Below are positions 1-21,900 of a stretch of 64,000 bases of DNA, piece by piece. Origin of the DNA: Lama guanicoe (taxonomy: Eukaryota); assembly GCA_013239625.1 (NCBI GenBank), contig MU053934.1, positions 6,590,399 through 6,654,398 of the forward strand. The letters run 5' to 3'. The translations under genes and the position numbers were made by a program. Under the pieces are notes generated by a model, which saw only the letters and a list, made by a program, of their open reading frames with translations, was not told the origin of the DNA and ran no database searches. Each line of letters opens with the position of its first letter. Position 1 is the stretch's first letter.

Positions 1-466
1 ATCACATACCTATCCCCAGTATTCACGATTTCTTGAATGACCCACACTCTTACACACTCTCAAGCAGTGACTCGTTATTCATCTCAGTTGAAAGATTGTT
101 TCCCATTGCTCTTATTCCAATTCTTCATTGTCTTTGATGAAGTCTTTCCTCATTCTTCCACTTGAAAGTGACTGCTCCGCCCCAAGTGACCAGTACCTCT
201 CTTGTGACACTCAGTATTATATGCTTAAGTACACAGATGTACCCTAAACTCTAATCTTGCTGGCAGAGAACATGTTTTTTATACCTTTGGGCCCCCAGTG
301 CCTGGTCTCTAGTGAATGTTCAGTAAATATATGCATGAATAATCAAATGTACTAAAAACTGCCTTTCTCCTGCCATGTTTGTTAGAACTACTGTGGAATT
401 CTCTTTTGGTATATGGTTAGAGGACTGTTCTGTCACCCAATTCACTGCTGCTTTCCTTTCTTCCAG

Positions 467-690
467 GGCATGGAGGAAGTACAGAAAGGAGAAAGCCCTA
501 ACTTAATTAAGAAACGATGATGCTTGCAGCCTCTCTTCCTTCCCTATCAGCAAATGGGTGCAGGGGAAGCCTTCTGCATGGTCTGTGACCACAGCTCAGA
601 TCCCCAGGCTGTTGGAGGCTCCCAGAGATGTGCTGTCCACTGAGCACAATCAAATTATGAATAAACATAATAAACATCAGCTCTGTATGA
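467..690 (+). other. SMDT1: Probable non-coding terminal (3' UTR) exon of SMDT1/EMRE
   Basis: Acceptor ctttcctttcttccag ends at 466; two AATAAA at 660-665 and 669-674; convergent with the NDUFA6 3' end as in human synteny. No coding sequence is in the window, so identity is inferred from position. Confidence 0.5.
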
Positions 691-1220
691 CTGAGTGATG
701 GCTGGAGTGTCTCAGTACAAGCAGGCTCTGGTTGCAGTTTCTTGTCCTTGTCCTTGTCCTTTCTCTATCAGCTGAACATAGAGGTCTTTGATTTACAATC
801 CAGGATCTCCAGTCCCTAATGGATCCACAAGGTAATTAAGGGGACCTGGCACCAATTTTCATTACTTACAAAAATCTAACAGAAGGTCTTTTCCCTCATT
901 AATCTGCACAGGCTAACTAAAGCCTCGAGCTTTTTTTGTGTTGAGTAACACTGGCTCGTTATCACATGTAATAATAACAAGGAGCTTGACTGATTAAAAC
1001 TCCTTAAGAAATATGTAATTTTTAGAATTCTTTCAAAACTTGCGTTCCTTAGATGGAAAAATAATAAAAGGAGTTGGTGTTGAAAAATGTGAGACTCCTC
1101 AGGGTGATTATGCCTATAGACACTGAACCCCTTTCTCCAGCATTGACACTATCTGGGGAGGGAACTGACAAGACTACCGTCCAAAGCAAACAGAGATCAG
1201 TTCTTTTACCTGGGTCAATG

Positions 1221-1226
1221 TTTATT
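1221..1226 (-). terminator. NDUFA6 distal polyadenylation signal (candidate)
   Basis: Second minus-strand AATAAA about 640 nt after the stop. Confidence 0.55.
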
Positions 1227-1811
1227 CTCTCGTCACTATAGCCACATTCGTTTGCAAAAAACAGTGAGGATATTTCTGTTCAGTGTGTGCACTGAACAGC
1301 TGTGTCCCTAGTAGAATGCCTCATGGTGTAGGAAGTTAACCTCATTTTAAGGACCACGGCTTGTTTGCAAGTAGAGGGCTAGGGTTCTGAGCAGCCATTT
1401 TCTTAGAGCCCAGGGGAAACAGCCCAGCCTGTCAGCTCTGCTTCTGGGCCTCAGTGCTCTTCTGATCTTTCTCCAATACCAAGAGCTGGCTAATTTTGGG
1501 TAATCCGTACAGTGACACCAAGCTATCCAATCCGGCGGCTGCAGAAACATTGCTAAGTTAACAAAGCCATCCAACATCATACCCAGAATGACAGTTTCTG
1601 AGCAGATGGCCTCATCCTTCCTGTTTACCAACATGCAAGACTGAGAAAAGAGAATCTAATTTACTGGAAGCACCACACTTCAGGAGAAGGGAAAGAACAG
1701 GTGGCGTGTATACGGGACCCAACGTGCACAGACAAAAAGTGAGAGACTGCAGAAGTAGTTTCCTGTTGGTTCACCAGTGGAATTCTGTCATGAAGTGACC
1801 ATCATATAGAG

Positions 1812-1817
1812 TTTATT
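1812..1817 (-). terminator. NDUFA6 proximal polyadenylation signal
   Basis: AATAAA on the minus strand 50 nt after the stop codon. Confidence 0.7.
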
Positions 1818-1867
1818 TGTGCTGTAAAATATTTAAATATCAACATGCACCTTCCCACTGGGTGACT

Positions 1868-8790
<6,923 letters not shown>

Positions 8791-9729
8791 TATATCACCA
8801 GCTCATTTTAGACAAGGACGTTTTTATGCCAGACTATGAAAAAACAGCACAGAATTGTGGTGCTGGGAGGAACCTTAGGTCGTATATTCTGGGTCTCTCT
8901 CCTGACATTTTCCTACTGAGGTTCTCTCAGAACATCAAGGGGAGCCTGGAAGGGTAAAGGGAAATATAACAGCTAACAACATGTTAGGCCGGGCATAGAT
9001 ATTCTGATTAGTCGTCGTTAATCTCCTAGATCAGGTGGCTACAGTTAGTGCCCCCATTTTACAGGTGGGGAAACTGAGGTGGTGCAGTCTAGGTCACTTG
9101 CTATGTTAGGTTTCTCCTCTGACTCCTGCCTGGAGTCCACTGGTCTTTTCTGGAAGTGCAGTTGACAGGCACCTTGTGAGTGTTGGGGAAAGAGCAGGGA
9201 TCAGGGCTTAGGGACCCCAGCCAGCATGGGAGATGGACCTGCATCTAGCCCAGTCTTTCCCATTTTAAAGGGTAAAAAATTGAATTTTTTCCTGTATTAT
9301 TTTTAATGTATTTGTACATTTAAATGAGTTATGCATTAAAAGAAAGCGTGTAAGATATGTAGTTATAAAGCATAATAGAATGGAAACTTTTGAACTTCAG
9401 TACCCACCTCAAGTAGTTGTAATACAGTTAAGGTTTATGTCATTGGTTAACATGCTGCTGGTTACCAGTGTTTTACATTCTTCAGGCGCATTAACTTGTG
9501 TAAGCCTCATGACACATGAGATGAGCTCTGTTATACCCCTTTTAGAGATGAGAAAACTGAGACGCAGAGACTAAGTTACTTGACAATATTGGGTTGAGAC
9601 TCAGCTGGCTCCAAGAGTTTGTGCTCTACCTCTGATAGCTACCTGCATATTTCTAACCTGGTCTGTGCTCCTGCCTCCTCTAGGAGTCACCGCTATCATG
9701 AATTTAGTGTTTAATATTCTTATTCATTG

Positions 9730-12700
9730 AAAAAAAAAGTCTCTAAGACAACTCACAAACTGGGAAAAAATATTTGCAAATCGTGTTTCATAAGGAACTT
9801 GTATCTAGAATATATAAGACTCTTATAACTCAATAATAAAAAACAAATAGCCCTATTAAAAATATGCAAAAGTGACAACACCAAATGCTGATGAGGATGT
9901 GGAGCAGCAAGACCTCTCATTGCTGGTGAGAATATAAAATCATACACCTAGTTTGGAAGACAGTTTGGCAGTTTCTTACAAAACTAGCATACTTGTACCA
10001 TAGAATCCAGTAATCACAATCCTTGGTATTTACCCAAATAAGTTGAAAACTTATGTCCACACAAAAACCTGCACACATGTTTATAGCAGCTTTATTTATA
10101 ATTCCCTAAACTTGGAAGCCACCAAGAAGCCCTTCAGGAGGTGAATGAATAAACTGTGGCACAATCAGACAATGGAATATTCTTGAGCATTAGAAAGAAA
10201 TGAGGCATGAAAAGACGTGGAGGAAACTCTAAGGGATATTTCTAAGTGAAAGAAGCCAGTCTGAAAAGGCTCCATAGTGTATGATTCTAGCTATATGATA
10301 CCCTGGAAAAAGGCAAAACTATGAAGACAATAAAAAAGATCATTGGTTGTCAGAAACTAGGGTGGAGGGAAGGAGGAACAGTTGCAGCACACATGGTTTT
10401 TAAGGCCTTGAAGCCATTCTGTATGATACTATAATGGTGGATACATGTCATTATACATTTGTCCAAACCCACAGAGTGAACCCTAAGGTGAACAGTGAAC
10501 TTGGGATGGCAGTGATACGTCAGTATAGGTTTTTCCACTGTAACAAATGTACCTCTCTGGAGGAGGAGGCTGAAAGGCAGCAGGGCAAGGGGCTATATGG
10601 AAACTTTTTGTACTTTCCACTCAATTTTGCTATGAACCTAAAACTGCTCTAAAAAAAGTCTTTTTTTTTTAATGGGCAAAGGATTTGAATAACTGTTTTT
10701 CCCAAGAAGATATACAATTGCCCAATAATACATGAAAAGACACTCAACATCATTAGTCATTAGATAAATGCAAATCAAAACCATAACAAGGTACCATTTC
10801 TTACCCACTAGAATAAAAAACAGACAATAGTCAGTGTTGGTGAGGATGTGGAGGAATTGAAACCCTCATGCATTGCTGGTGGGAATGTAAAATGATGCAG
10901 CCACTTTGGAAAACAGTCTGGCAGTTTCTTAAAAAGGTAACCATGGACTTGTTATATGATCTAGCAGTTTCAGTCCTGGGTATCTATCCAGGAGAAATGA
11001 GAACATTTGTCCACACAGACTTGTATGTGAATGTTTATAGCAGTACTATTCACAATAACTAAAAAGTAGAAACAACCACAAAGTTCATCAACTGGATGAA
11101 CCGCCCCCCAAAAAAGTGGATAAACAAAATGTGGTATATCCATACAACAGAATACTCAACAGCCATGATGAACCTTGAAAACATGCTCAGTGGAAGAAGC
11201 TAGACGCAAAACATGTATAGTATGATACCATATTTATGATGGGTTCAGAAAAGGCAAATCTGTAGAGACAGGAAGTAGATTAGTGGGCTGAGTGGAAATG
11301 AGGAGTGAGTGTAGCGTAAGATTCCTGTTTCAGCTGATGGAAATGCTCTAAAATTCGTTTATGGTGATAGTGTACAACTTTGTAAATATACTAAAATTCA
11401 CTGAACATATTGTAAGATGATAGTATATCACAGCAAGGATACTGGCATTGATATAATCAATATACAAAATATTTCTATTGCCACAAGGATCCCTCATGTT
11501 GCCCTTCTCCTACCTTAGTCCCTCCCTGATAAGGGGATTCCATTTCTGTAATTTTGTTATTTCAAGGATGTTATATAAATGGAATCATACAATATGTAAC
11601 ATTTTGCATAGATTATTTTTTCATCCGTCAGCATGATTCTCTTGAGATTCATCCAGGTTGTTATGTGTTTATTCCTTTTATTTCTGAGTAGGATTCCATG
11701 GTGTGGAGGTACCACGGTTTAACCATTCACCCCTTAAAGGACATCTGGGTTGTTTCCAGTTCGGGGCTGTTATAAATAAACCTGTACACACTTCTGTACA
11801 GCTTTTATGTTAACACAAGTCTTTATTTCTCTAGTATAAGTGCCTAGGAGCGCAATTGCTGGGCAATGTGTTTGTTGCATATTTGGTTGTTTAAGAAACT
11901 ACTAAGTTGTTTTCCAGAGCAGCTGTACCATTTTACATTCCAGTCAGCAGTATATGAGTGATCCAGTTTCTCCAAATCCTTATCTGCATTTAGTGCAGCA
12001 CATTTTTATTTTAGCCATTTGATAGATGTGTAGGGATATCTCATTGTTGTTTTAGTTTGCATTTCCCTTATGGCTAGTGATGTTGAACATCCCTTCTCAT
12101 GCTTATTTCTCATCTTATGTTCTCTCTAGTGAAATGGCTTTTAGTGTGTTTTGCCCATTTTCTAATTAGATTGTTTATCTATTGAGTTTTGAGAGTTCTT
12201 TATATATTCTAGATACTAGTCCTTTGTCAGATATGTGGTTTGCAAATATTTTCTCCCATTCTGTAGCTTGTTTTTTCATCTTTTCAGCAGGGTCTTTCAC
12301 AGAGGAAAAGTATTTAATTTTGATGAAAGCCAGTTTATAATTTATTTTCCTTTTATGGATTGTGCTTTTGGTGTAAAACTTAGGAATCCTAGCCCTAGGT
12401 CGAGAAGATCTATGATTTTTTTCCTGAGAGTTTTATGTTTTACATTTAAGACATGGTCCATTTTGAGTTAATTTTCATATAAGGTGTTAGATTTAGATGG
12501 AGATTTTGTTTTGTTTTGTTTTGTTTTGTTTTTGCCTATGGGTGGATTACTGTAGAACCATTTGTTGAAAAGCCAGCTTTTCTCCATTGAATTGCATTTG
12601 CACCTTTATCAAAATTCAGTTGAAAGCTGTAATAATCAAAACAGTATGGTATTGGCACAAAAAACAGACACACAGATCAATGAAACAGAATTAAGAGCCC

Positions 12701-15190
12701 AGAAATAAACCCATGTATAATATAAACAATTAATTAACAACAAAAGAACCAAGAACATACAGTGGAGAAAGTACAGTCTCTTCAATAAATGGTGTTGGGA
12801 AAACTGGATAGTCTCATACAAAAGAATGAAATTAGATCACAGTCTTACACTATGCACAAAAATGAACTCAAAATGGATTAAAGGATTGTATGTAAGACCT
12901 GAAATCATAACATTTCCAGAAGAAAACAGAGTGGTTAACTCCTGGACATCAATCTTAGCTATATATTTATCGACCTGACTCCAAAGGCAAGGAAAACAAA
13001 AGCAAAAATAAACAAATGGGACTACATCAAACTAAAAAGTTTCTTATAATAAACTATAATGGAAAAGAATAACCAAATCACTTTGCTGTATTCCTGAAAC
13101 TAACACAATATTGTAAATCAACTGTATTTCGATTAAAAAAAGAAAGAATAAAAAAAAAAACCTTTTGGACAGCAAAGGAAACCATAGTCAAAGTGAAAAG
13201 CCAGCCTACTGAATAGGAGAAGATATTTGCAAATCATACATTTGACAAGGGCTTAATATCTAAAATATGTAAAGAACTAATACAACAGTCAGTCTCATCT
13301 TTTACAAGTATTTTCTCCCATTCCATAGGTTGTCTTTTTGTTTTCCTTTGCTGTACAAAAACTTGTAAGTTTAATTAGGTCCCATTTGTTTATTTTTGTT
13401 TTTATTTGTATTGCCTGCATAGACTGCCCTATGAGAACTTTGCGAGATTTATGTCGGATAAGGTTTTGCCTATGTTTTCTTCTAAGAGGTTTATAATGTC
13501 TTAAGTTTAAGTCTTTAAGCCATTTTGAGTTTATTTTTGTGTATGATGTGAGGGAGTAGTCTAAGTTCACTGATTTACATGCAGCTGTCCAGTTTTCCCA
13601 ACACCGTTTGCTGAAGAGACTGTCTTTACTTCATTGTACATTCTTGCCTCCTTTGTCAAAGATTAATTGATCAAAAATTTGTGGGTTTATTTCTGGGCTC
13701 CCTATTCTGTTCCATTGATCCATATGTCTGTTTTTGTTCCAACACCAAGCTGTTTTGATTACTCTAGCTCTGTAGTATTGTCTGAAGTCTGGGAGGGTTA
13801 TTTCTCCAGCTTCATTCTTTTTCTTCAGTGTTGCTTTGGCAGTTCTGGGTCTTTTGTGATTTTATATAAATTTTAGGATTATTTGTTCTAGTTCTGTGAA
13901 AAACGTCCTGGGTAATTTGGTAGGGATCACATTAAACCTAGATTGCTTTGGGTGGTATGGCCATTTAAATTAATTCTTCCATTCCAAGAATATGGGATAT
14001 CTTTCCATTTCTTTAAGTCATCTGTAATTTCCTTAGTCAATGTTTTGTAGTTCTCCACAGAGAAGGTGTTTCACTTCCTTGGTCAGATTTATTCCTAATT
14101 ATTTTATTTTCTTGGATGCAATTTTAAAAGGGATTATTTCTTTACTTTCCTTTTCTGATATTTCATTGTTAGTGTAAAGATAAGATGGCTGCTTTAAAAT
14201 CTTTGTCAGATAATTCTGCCATCTCTGTCATCTTGTTGTTGGCACCTAGTGGTCTTTTTTCATTCAGTTTAAGATGTTCCTTGTTTTTGGTATGATGAGT
14301 GATTTTTAATTGAAACCTGGATGTTTTGGGTATTATGTTAAGAGACCCTGGATCTTACTTAAACATTCTCTTTTAGCTAGCTTCCTTTGACACCATTTCA
14401 GCAGGGGAGATAGACAGCCAGTATGCAAAACACTATGGAGGAGCCTTAAAAAATTAAGAATTGGAATTACCATATAATCCACTTCTGGGAATATACCCAA
14501 AGGAAACAAAAACACTAACTTGAAAAGATATCTGCATCCCTATGTTCATAGCAGCATTATTTACAATAGCCAAGACGTGGAAGTAACTTAAATATCCGTT
14601 GATGGAAGAATGAATAAAGAAGTTGTGGCATAAGTATACAATGGAATATTATTCAGCCATAAAAAATGAGGAAATCCTAACATTTGCTACAGCATGGATG
14701 GACCTTGAAGGCATTATGCTAAGTAAAATAAGTCATACAGAGAAAGACAAATACTGTATGATCTCATTTATATGTGGAATCTAATAAACGACAACAACAA
14801 GACCAAATTCATAGAAAAAGAAATCAGACTTGGGGTTACCAGAGGCGGAGGGAGGAGAGAGGGAGAATTAGAGAAAAGGAGGTCAAAACTCCTTCTAGTT
14901 TTAAGGTAAGTAAGTTCTAGGAATGTAACGTATAACATGATGACTATCACTAACACTGCTGTGTGATACATAGGAAAGTCCATAAGAGTAAATTCTAAGA
15001 GTTCTTATTACAAGAAGAAAACTTTTTCTTTTTTCTTTTTATTGTATCTATATGAGAAGATGGATGTTAGCTGAACCTACTGTGGTAATCATTTCACAGT
15101 GTATGTAAATCAAACCGTCATGCTGTATGTGTGAAAATTATACAATGACATCTGTCAATTATTTCTCAGTAAAACTGGAAACCAAAAAAA
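9730..15190. mobile_element. Nested LINE-1 fragments (ORF2 3' end and 3' UTRs, both orientations)
   Basis: Degenerate ORF2p peptides in the ORF track ([47 protein letters not shown]); several strand switches. Confidence 0.9.
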
Positions 15191-15529
15191 ACGTAAACAA
15201 AATAATAACGTAATCTCATCAGGATTCTGATTGAGAGTACACTGAATATAGATTGTAATTGAATATAGAAATGACATTTTTATACCATTGAGTCTTCCTA
15301 ACAGGAACATAGCATTTTTTACACATAGTATGTGTACGTATATTCAGACCCTAAGAGAAATACAAGACCTCTGGACGGCGTTCAGGGAACAGAGCATTTA
15401 TTACCCATAAAGCATATTGTACCTGTTCCCCACACTACTTCTGTTTTCTGCTGTGTCTGCTGTTAAACCATCTGGTCCAGTGAGTTCTTGATGTCACACT
15501 TTGTATTTTGTGTTTAGAATGTCTATTTT

Positions 15530-16230
15530 ATCTATTGCTATGAACAAATTACCTCAAGATTTATCAGCTAAAAACAACAAGCATTTATTATCTCAGTTTC
15601 CTGTGGGCCCTGTTAGGAATCCAGTTTAGGCTTATTTGTGTTTCTCTGGTTCAAGATCCCTCAGGAGGTGGCAGTCAGCCACCTGGCACTGTGGTCTCAC
15701 TGAGGGCTCGGCTGGGCTGGGGAAGAGAGTGTGAGGTGGTATCCACTTCCATGCTCACTCACATGGTTGTTGGCAGGCCTTGGGCCCTCATCACATGGGC
15801 CTCTTCACAGGGCTGCCTCATTGTATGGCAACTGTTTTCTCCCATGGCAGGCATTCAGAGAGTGAGAGTAAATAGTCAAGATGGAAGCCACAGCCTTTTT
15901 TGGGGGGCGGGGAGGTAGTTAGGTATACATACATATGTATATGTATACATATATGTGTGTGTGTGTGTGTATGAATAAATGTATATACATGTATACATGT
16001 GTATCTATACATACACATACACATATAAGCACTGGGGATTGAACCCAGGACCTTGCGCGCACTTCACCACTGAGCTATACCCTCTCCCCCGCTATATAGT
16101 CTTTTTTGTAAACTTATTTTGGAAGTGACATCTCACTTCTACCAAATTTATTCAATACATCCAAGTCACACTCAAATGATTACTAGGAAGTGGAGATTAT
16201 TAGGGACTGTCTTAGTGGTTGCCCTACCAC
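15530..16230. mobile_element. MaLR (MLT1-like) LTR remnant
   Basis: aacaaattacc...aaaacaacaagcatttattatctcagtttc... start typical of MLT1; family recognised by eye. Confidence 0.55.
15896..16090 (-). mobile_element. tRNA-derived SINE with internal (TA/TG/CA)n microsatellite, nested in an LTR remnant
   Basis: ggggattgaacccagg...actgagctataccctctcccc is the reverse complement of the same SINE head. Confidence 0.8.
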
Positions 16231-18964
16231 AGTGTCTATTTGATTTTTTTACAGATTCTAATTCTCTGTTGAATTACTGTAGTTCTTCATATGTTTTGTC
16301 TACCTTTTTGTCTATTTTCTTTAACGTACTAATTACAGCTATTTTTAAAAGTCCTCTGCTAACTCCGATGTCTAGATTATCCATGTATCAACTTCTTTGA
16401 CTATCTCTTAATTATCAGTTAATTTGTCCTGCTTCTTTGTGAGCTTAGTAACTTTATTTTAAGCTGGACATGGTGGATATGTCGTAGATTTTGTTAACTT
16501 TCTCTAAAGGAATATCGGGTTTTGTTTTGGTAGGCTTTGAGGCTTGAATTTAGGCTTCAATCGGTAGGAACTATTTTAGTTTTGCCCATACTTCTAGTAG
16601 TCCTAATTCCTAGGGTGATGCTTTTCTGGAGCCTTAACTGAGTGCCTGAGGTATGCACCAAGATCTCTTCACTCTAGCTAGGCCCAGTCTCCAGTGTCAC
16701 TCCAGCACTGTGTGACTCTGAATTTCTCAACCAGCTCTCAGCTCCCAGAAGCTGTGTGCGAGGGTATCTTATCTGCTCTACCTGGCAGTTGGTCAGTACT
16801 TGAGGAACATCTATATGCAGACCGTTTAGACTCCTTGCCTATGGTTCCTTCCTCTTCAGTTCCCTGACCTTCAGATCTTTGTAGCACTAGCAGCCCTAAA
16901 CTTCAGTCTCTGCCTTCTATACCCAGTAAGAATTCTGTTCTCTGTCTTGGCTCCACCGCTTCAGGTCACACTTAGGAAAATATCTTCAGGAGTAAACCTG
17001 GGTGGATGTAAGACAGCCCTGCATTGGTTGCTCTCCATGCATCTAAGTAGTTGGATGTATTTTGTCCCCTTTTGTGTTTGTTCATTGTGGGAAGGTAAAT
17101 CCAGTATCAACTACTCCCTTGTGGCTGAAAGTCTTTGAAAAGCTTAAGTGTAATGGGAAGCCAACGTCTCACCACCTCAGTTTTTATTTCCATTATAGCT
17201 GTTTCTTTTCCCTATCAGACAAGTCACGTTTGATGGGTACCATGTCTTCTTTTACCTTTTTTGAAGATTTTAATAATGTTTACTTTAAAGTCTCCTTTGA
17301 TTTTGTCTATTAACTCTTTTCCTTAGTCATTCATTTTTTTAATTTATATAGTTTGGTATCTCTTTCCTAGTGTTGATTTTCTTCAAATGTTTGGCTTGGC
17401 AAGTTCTGGCTAAATGCTCAAGCCTGTCTTTGAAATTCTCTGATGGATTCTCCTTGAATGATTTTATTTGCTGTGGAGTGCCATTAGTCTCTGTGGAGTC
17501 AAGGCATGACATTGGTAGGTAGGGTGTACTTTGTGGTTAGACTTTGGGGAACTGCGGCTCCCCGTTCCTGCTGGGTGTTAGCAGGCATCTAGCGCTTCTC
17601 TGGCCAAGGATTCTCACATTCATGGCTCTCACCTGGTGATTGAAGCATCTGTTTTTGTCTGCTTGCCACAGGTGGGGAAAGAAAGTCAATTTTGCTTCAC
17701 ATTTTTGCTTCACATGAATCCCCCCAACCAATCATCCTGACAGGTTTCTTTCCTGCTCCCCAGATCTGTCACTTTGACGCACAGAGACTTTCAGAGACCT
17801 TCCACCTTTCACAGTGATGTTCTCCTGCCTGTATTTTGTGCTTTCATTTTCTCTGCCAATCTTATGCTCCCTGTCTTCTGTTTTTGAGAGATTCCTTATG
17901 GCTTCTGGTTCAGCAGGGCACCACTGTTTGCTTTCCAGCACTACTATGGATTTATTCTGAGATCTACTTTCTTTTACCTCTGTTGTTTAGGTAGAAGAGA
18001 GAGGCAGTGTACATGAGTGGCAGTCTGATGTCTGGACTCAGCAGGTCCTGAAAACCTTTCTGTTGACCTGACACTGAAAGCTGACTTGGCTCAGCATAGA
18101 ATTCTTGAGTCACAATCATTTTCCCTCAAAACTCTGTACAGCCTTACTCCGCTGTCCTCTAACACTTAGTATTTCATGTAGTAATTCTGATGCCATTCTG
18201 ATTCTTTATTCTTTTTAGAATAAGAACCTATTTTTTTCCTTCTCCTGCCTTAATGTTTTCTTAATTCTTAACATTCAAAAATCTTACCAGGATATGTGTG
18301 TGTATGGAACCCTGTATGTTACCTTTGCCTCATTAATTAAAAAGCATGTGATTTAAGAGTCAAGGCTTCTTTCACTTCAAGGAACATTTTTCTTTTATTT
18401 ATTTTGTTCCTTCTCCCTCGACTTGTTTCCTCCTGGTATTCTTATTATGTCTGTTCAATTCAATCATTTGAATCTCCGTATCTCTCACCTTTTCGCTCAA
18501 TATTTCTATTCTTTACTTTTTGCTTCTGCAGTCTGGAAAAATTTCTTGCGTTTCTCTTTTAATTCACTAATTCAGTTGTTTGTAGTATCCAACTTGCTAT
18601 TCACTGCTTCTATTGCATTTTAAAATTTAGCTGTTGCCCTATATCAGATTAAATTTTTATTACTGTCTGCTCTTTCATAGATACATCTTCTTGAACATTG
18701 TTGAGAATATAAAATAGAATATTTCTAGTTTTCTCCTATTTTTTGGGTAACTGTTACATAGGGGACCATTGCTCTGAATCATCATGCTGAATTCCTTCTT
18801 TTGGACAGCCATTCTTTTCGTGGGCTTTGTTTCTTACCCTTGCAAAGAAATATCTGTGTTCTATGTTGGGAGATTATATGAGTACCTGTTAAAATGTTTA
18901 GAGATGTTTAAAATGTTGAAGGTCTAGAGAAAGAGAATAGAATAGTTCATATAACTTTACTCTT

Positions 18965-21900
18965 TTTTAAAAAGAACTTCATTGGTATATAATTGACTTA
19001 TAACGAACTGCACATGTTTAATGTGTATAATTTGATATTTTAACGTATTATACACCTGTGAAACCATCACCACAGTTAAGAGAATGAGCATCTCTATCAC
19101 CCCAAAAGCTTTCTCATACACTTTTGTAATCTCTTCATCTCATCTCTCCCTATCTGCACCCCCATTCCCAGGCAACCACTGATATGCTTTCTGTCACTGA
19201 AATTTATTTACATTTTGTAAAGTTTTATATTATGACATAGTATGTATTCTTCTTTGACTTCTTTCACTCAGAAAAAAATTCTGATTCATCCCTATTGTTA
19301 TAGATATCAACAGTTCATTTCTTTTACTGCTGAGTATATTCCATTATGTAGATATACCACAACTTGTTTATTTATTCACTGGCTCATGGACATTTGGAGT
19401 GTTTCCAGTTTGGGTCTGTTACAGATAAAGTTGTTATGAATATTTGTGTGCAAGTCTTTGTATGGAATATGCTTTCTTTCTTGAGTAAATATCTAGAGTG
19501 AAATGGCTATGTGATATCGTAGGTGTATGTTTTTATTTTTAAAGAAACTTCTGAACTCCAAAAAGTACTTGTATCATTCTATATTCCCATCAGCAGTGGT
19601 TGAGAGTTTCAGTTATTCCACTTCTCGTCAATATTTGGTATGATTAGTCTTTCTGATTTGAGATAGTCTAACAGGTGTGTAGTGTTATCTTACCATGGTT
19701 TTAATTTGCATTTCCCTAATGACCAATGATGTTGAAGGTCTTTCCATATGCTTGTTTGCTGTCTATCTTCTTTTGTGAAGTATCTGTTCAGATCTTTTGT
19801 CCATTTAAATAATTAATTATTTATTTTATTAATTTTGAAATTTGAAAGTACTTTAAAATTCTAGACAAAAAGTTCTTTGTTAGACATATGATTTGTAAAT
19901 ATCTTCTCCTAGTCTGTGGCTTCCCTTTCTATTCTCTGAACAGTGTTTTGAGAGGAGTAGATTTTTTTTCTTTTGATGAAGGCCAATTTATCAGGTTTTT
20001 TTGGTTATGGATCATGATTTGGGTGGTATATTGAGAAATCTTTGCCTAGTCAATGGATTTTCTATGTTTTCTTCTGGAAGTTTAATAATTTTAGGATTTA
20101 AAAATTGTACATATATGTGTGTAGGAATATATATACACATTCTTTTTCAGATTCTTTACCATTATAGATTATTACAAGATATTGAATTCCCTGTGCTATA
20201 CAATAGGTCTTTGTTGATAATCTATTTTATATATAGTAGTGTGTATATGTTGATCCCAAACTCTTAATTTATCCCTCCCTTTGTCTCCTTTCCCCTTTGG
20301 TAACTATAGTTTGTATTCTATGTCTGTAACTCTGTTTCTGGTGTATAAATAAGTTCATTTGTGTCATTTTTTTTAGATTCCACATATAGGTGATATATGA
20401 TAATTGTCTTTCTCTGTCTGACATATTTCACTTAAAATAATAATCTCTAGTTCCAGCCATGTTGCTGCAAATGGCACTATTTCAGTCTTTTTTGTGGCTG
20501 AGTAATATTCCAGTGTGTGTGTGTGTGTTGCTGTGAACACTGAGATGCATGCATCTTTTCAAGTTAGAGTTTTCTCTGGAATTTTAGGTTTTAGATCTAG
20601 TTCTGTGATCAATTTTGAGTCAATTTTTGTGTATAGTGTGAGATGTGAATCAAGGTTCATTTTTTATATGAATACCCAATTGTTCTAGGACCATTTATTG
20701 AAAATACTGTATTTCCTCCACTAAATTGCATTTGCACCTTTGTCTAAAATCAATTGACAATATATGTCTAGACTCTATTCTGTTCCATGTATCTTGACAT
20801 CAACAATCTCATACTGTGTTGATTACTGTCCAACTTTATTTTTTCAAAATTGTTTGGCTATTGTAGGTGCTTGGCACTTCCATATGAACTTGAGAAACAG
20901 CATATCAATTTCAACAGCCAAAAAATTTTGCTGAAATTTTAAAATGCAATTTCATTGAATCTGTAGATCAATTTGAGTGTGGAATTGACATCTTAATAAT
21001 TCTGAATCTTCTGATTCATGACCATTGTATATCTCTTCATTTATTTAAGTCTTTAATTTCTCTCAACAGTGTTTTGTAGTTTCTAGTGTACAGATTTTTT
21101 TTTAAAATAGACTTTAGCAGTTTCAGGTTCACAGAAGAATTGAACAGAAAATACAGAGAGTTTGCACATAGCCCTCCTCACCCACACATGTACACTCCCC
21201 TACCCTCAACATCCCTCATCAGTGTGCATATCTGGTACAATCGATGAACTAACATGGGCACATTATTATCAACCAAAGTCCATAGTTTACATTAGGGTTC
21301 ACTCTTGGTGTTGTACATTCTGTGGGTTTTGACAAATGTGTAATGACATGTAGCCACCACTATAGTATCATAGAGAATAATTTCATTGCCCTAAAAATCT
21401 CTTGTGCTCCATCTATTCATTCCTCCCTACCTCCCTATCCCCAAACCCCTGGAAACCATGATCTTTTTATTGTTTCTGTAGCTGTGCCTTTTCCAGAATG
21501 TCATTTGGTTGGAATTGTACAGTTTGTAGCCTTTTCAGACTGGCTTATTTCATTTAGTAATATGTCTTTTTTTAAGTTTCTTCCATGTCTTTCATAGCTT
21601 GATAGATCTTTGTTTTTACTGCACATATATTTTTAAATTTACATATATGTACTATTCATTGTTTCTGAGGATGTTTAGAGCTTTAGCTTTTCAAACTTAC
21701 ATAGTTGTCAAAGGAATAAAGCCAACCACAAAATAAGAATGAATTCAAGAAGATACATACAGCCTGCTATTAACAGCAACATTATTTATAATTGCCAAGA
21801 TATGGACGCATCCTAAGTGCACATTAATAGTTGAATAGATAATGAAGATGCAGTGTGTGTGTGTGTGTTTGTGTGTGTATATATATGAATACAATTCACC

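Noticed and set aside
9870..10660. Segmental duplication with 43800-44476
   Set aside because: Similarity is patchy and confined to an L1 3' UTR, consistent with independent copies of one family.
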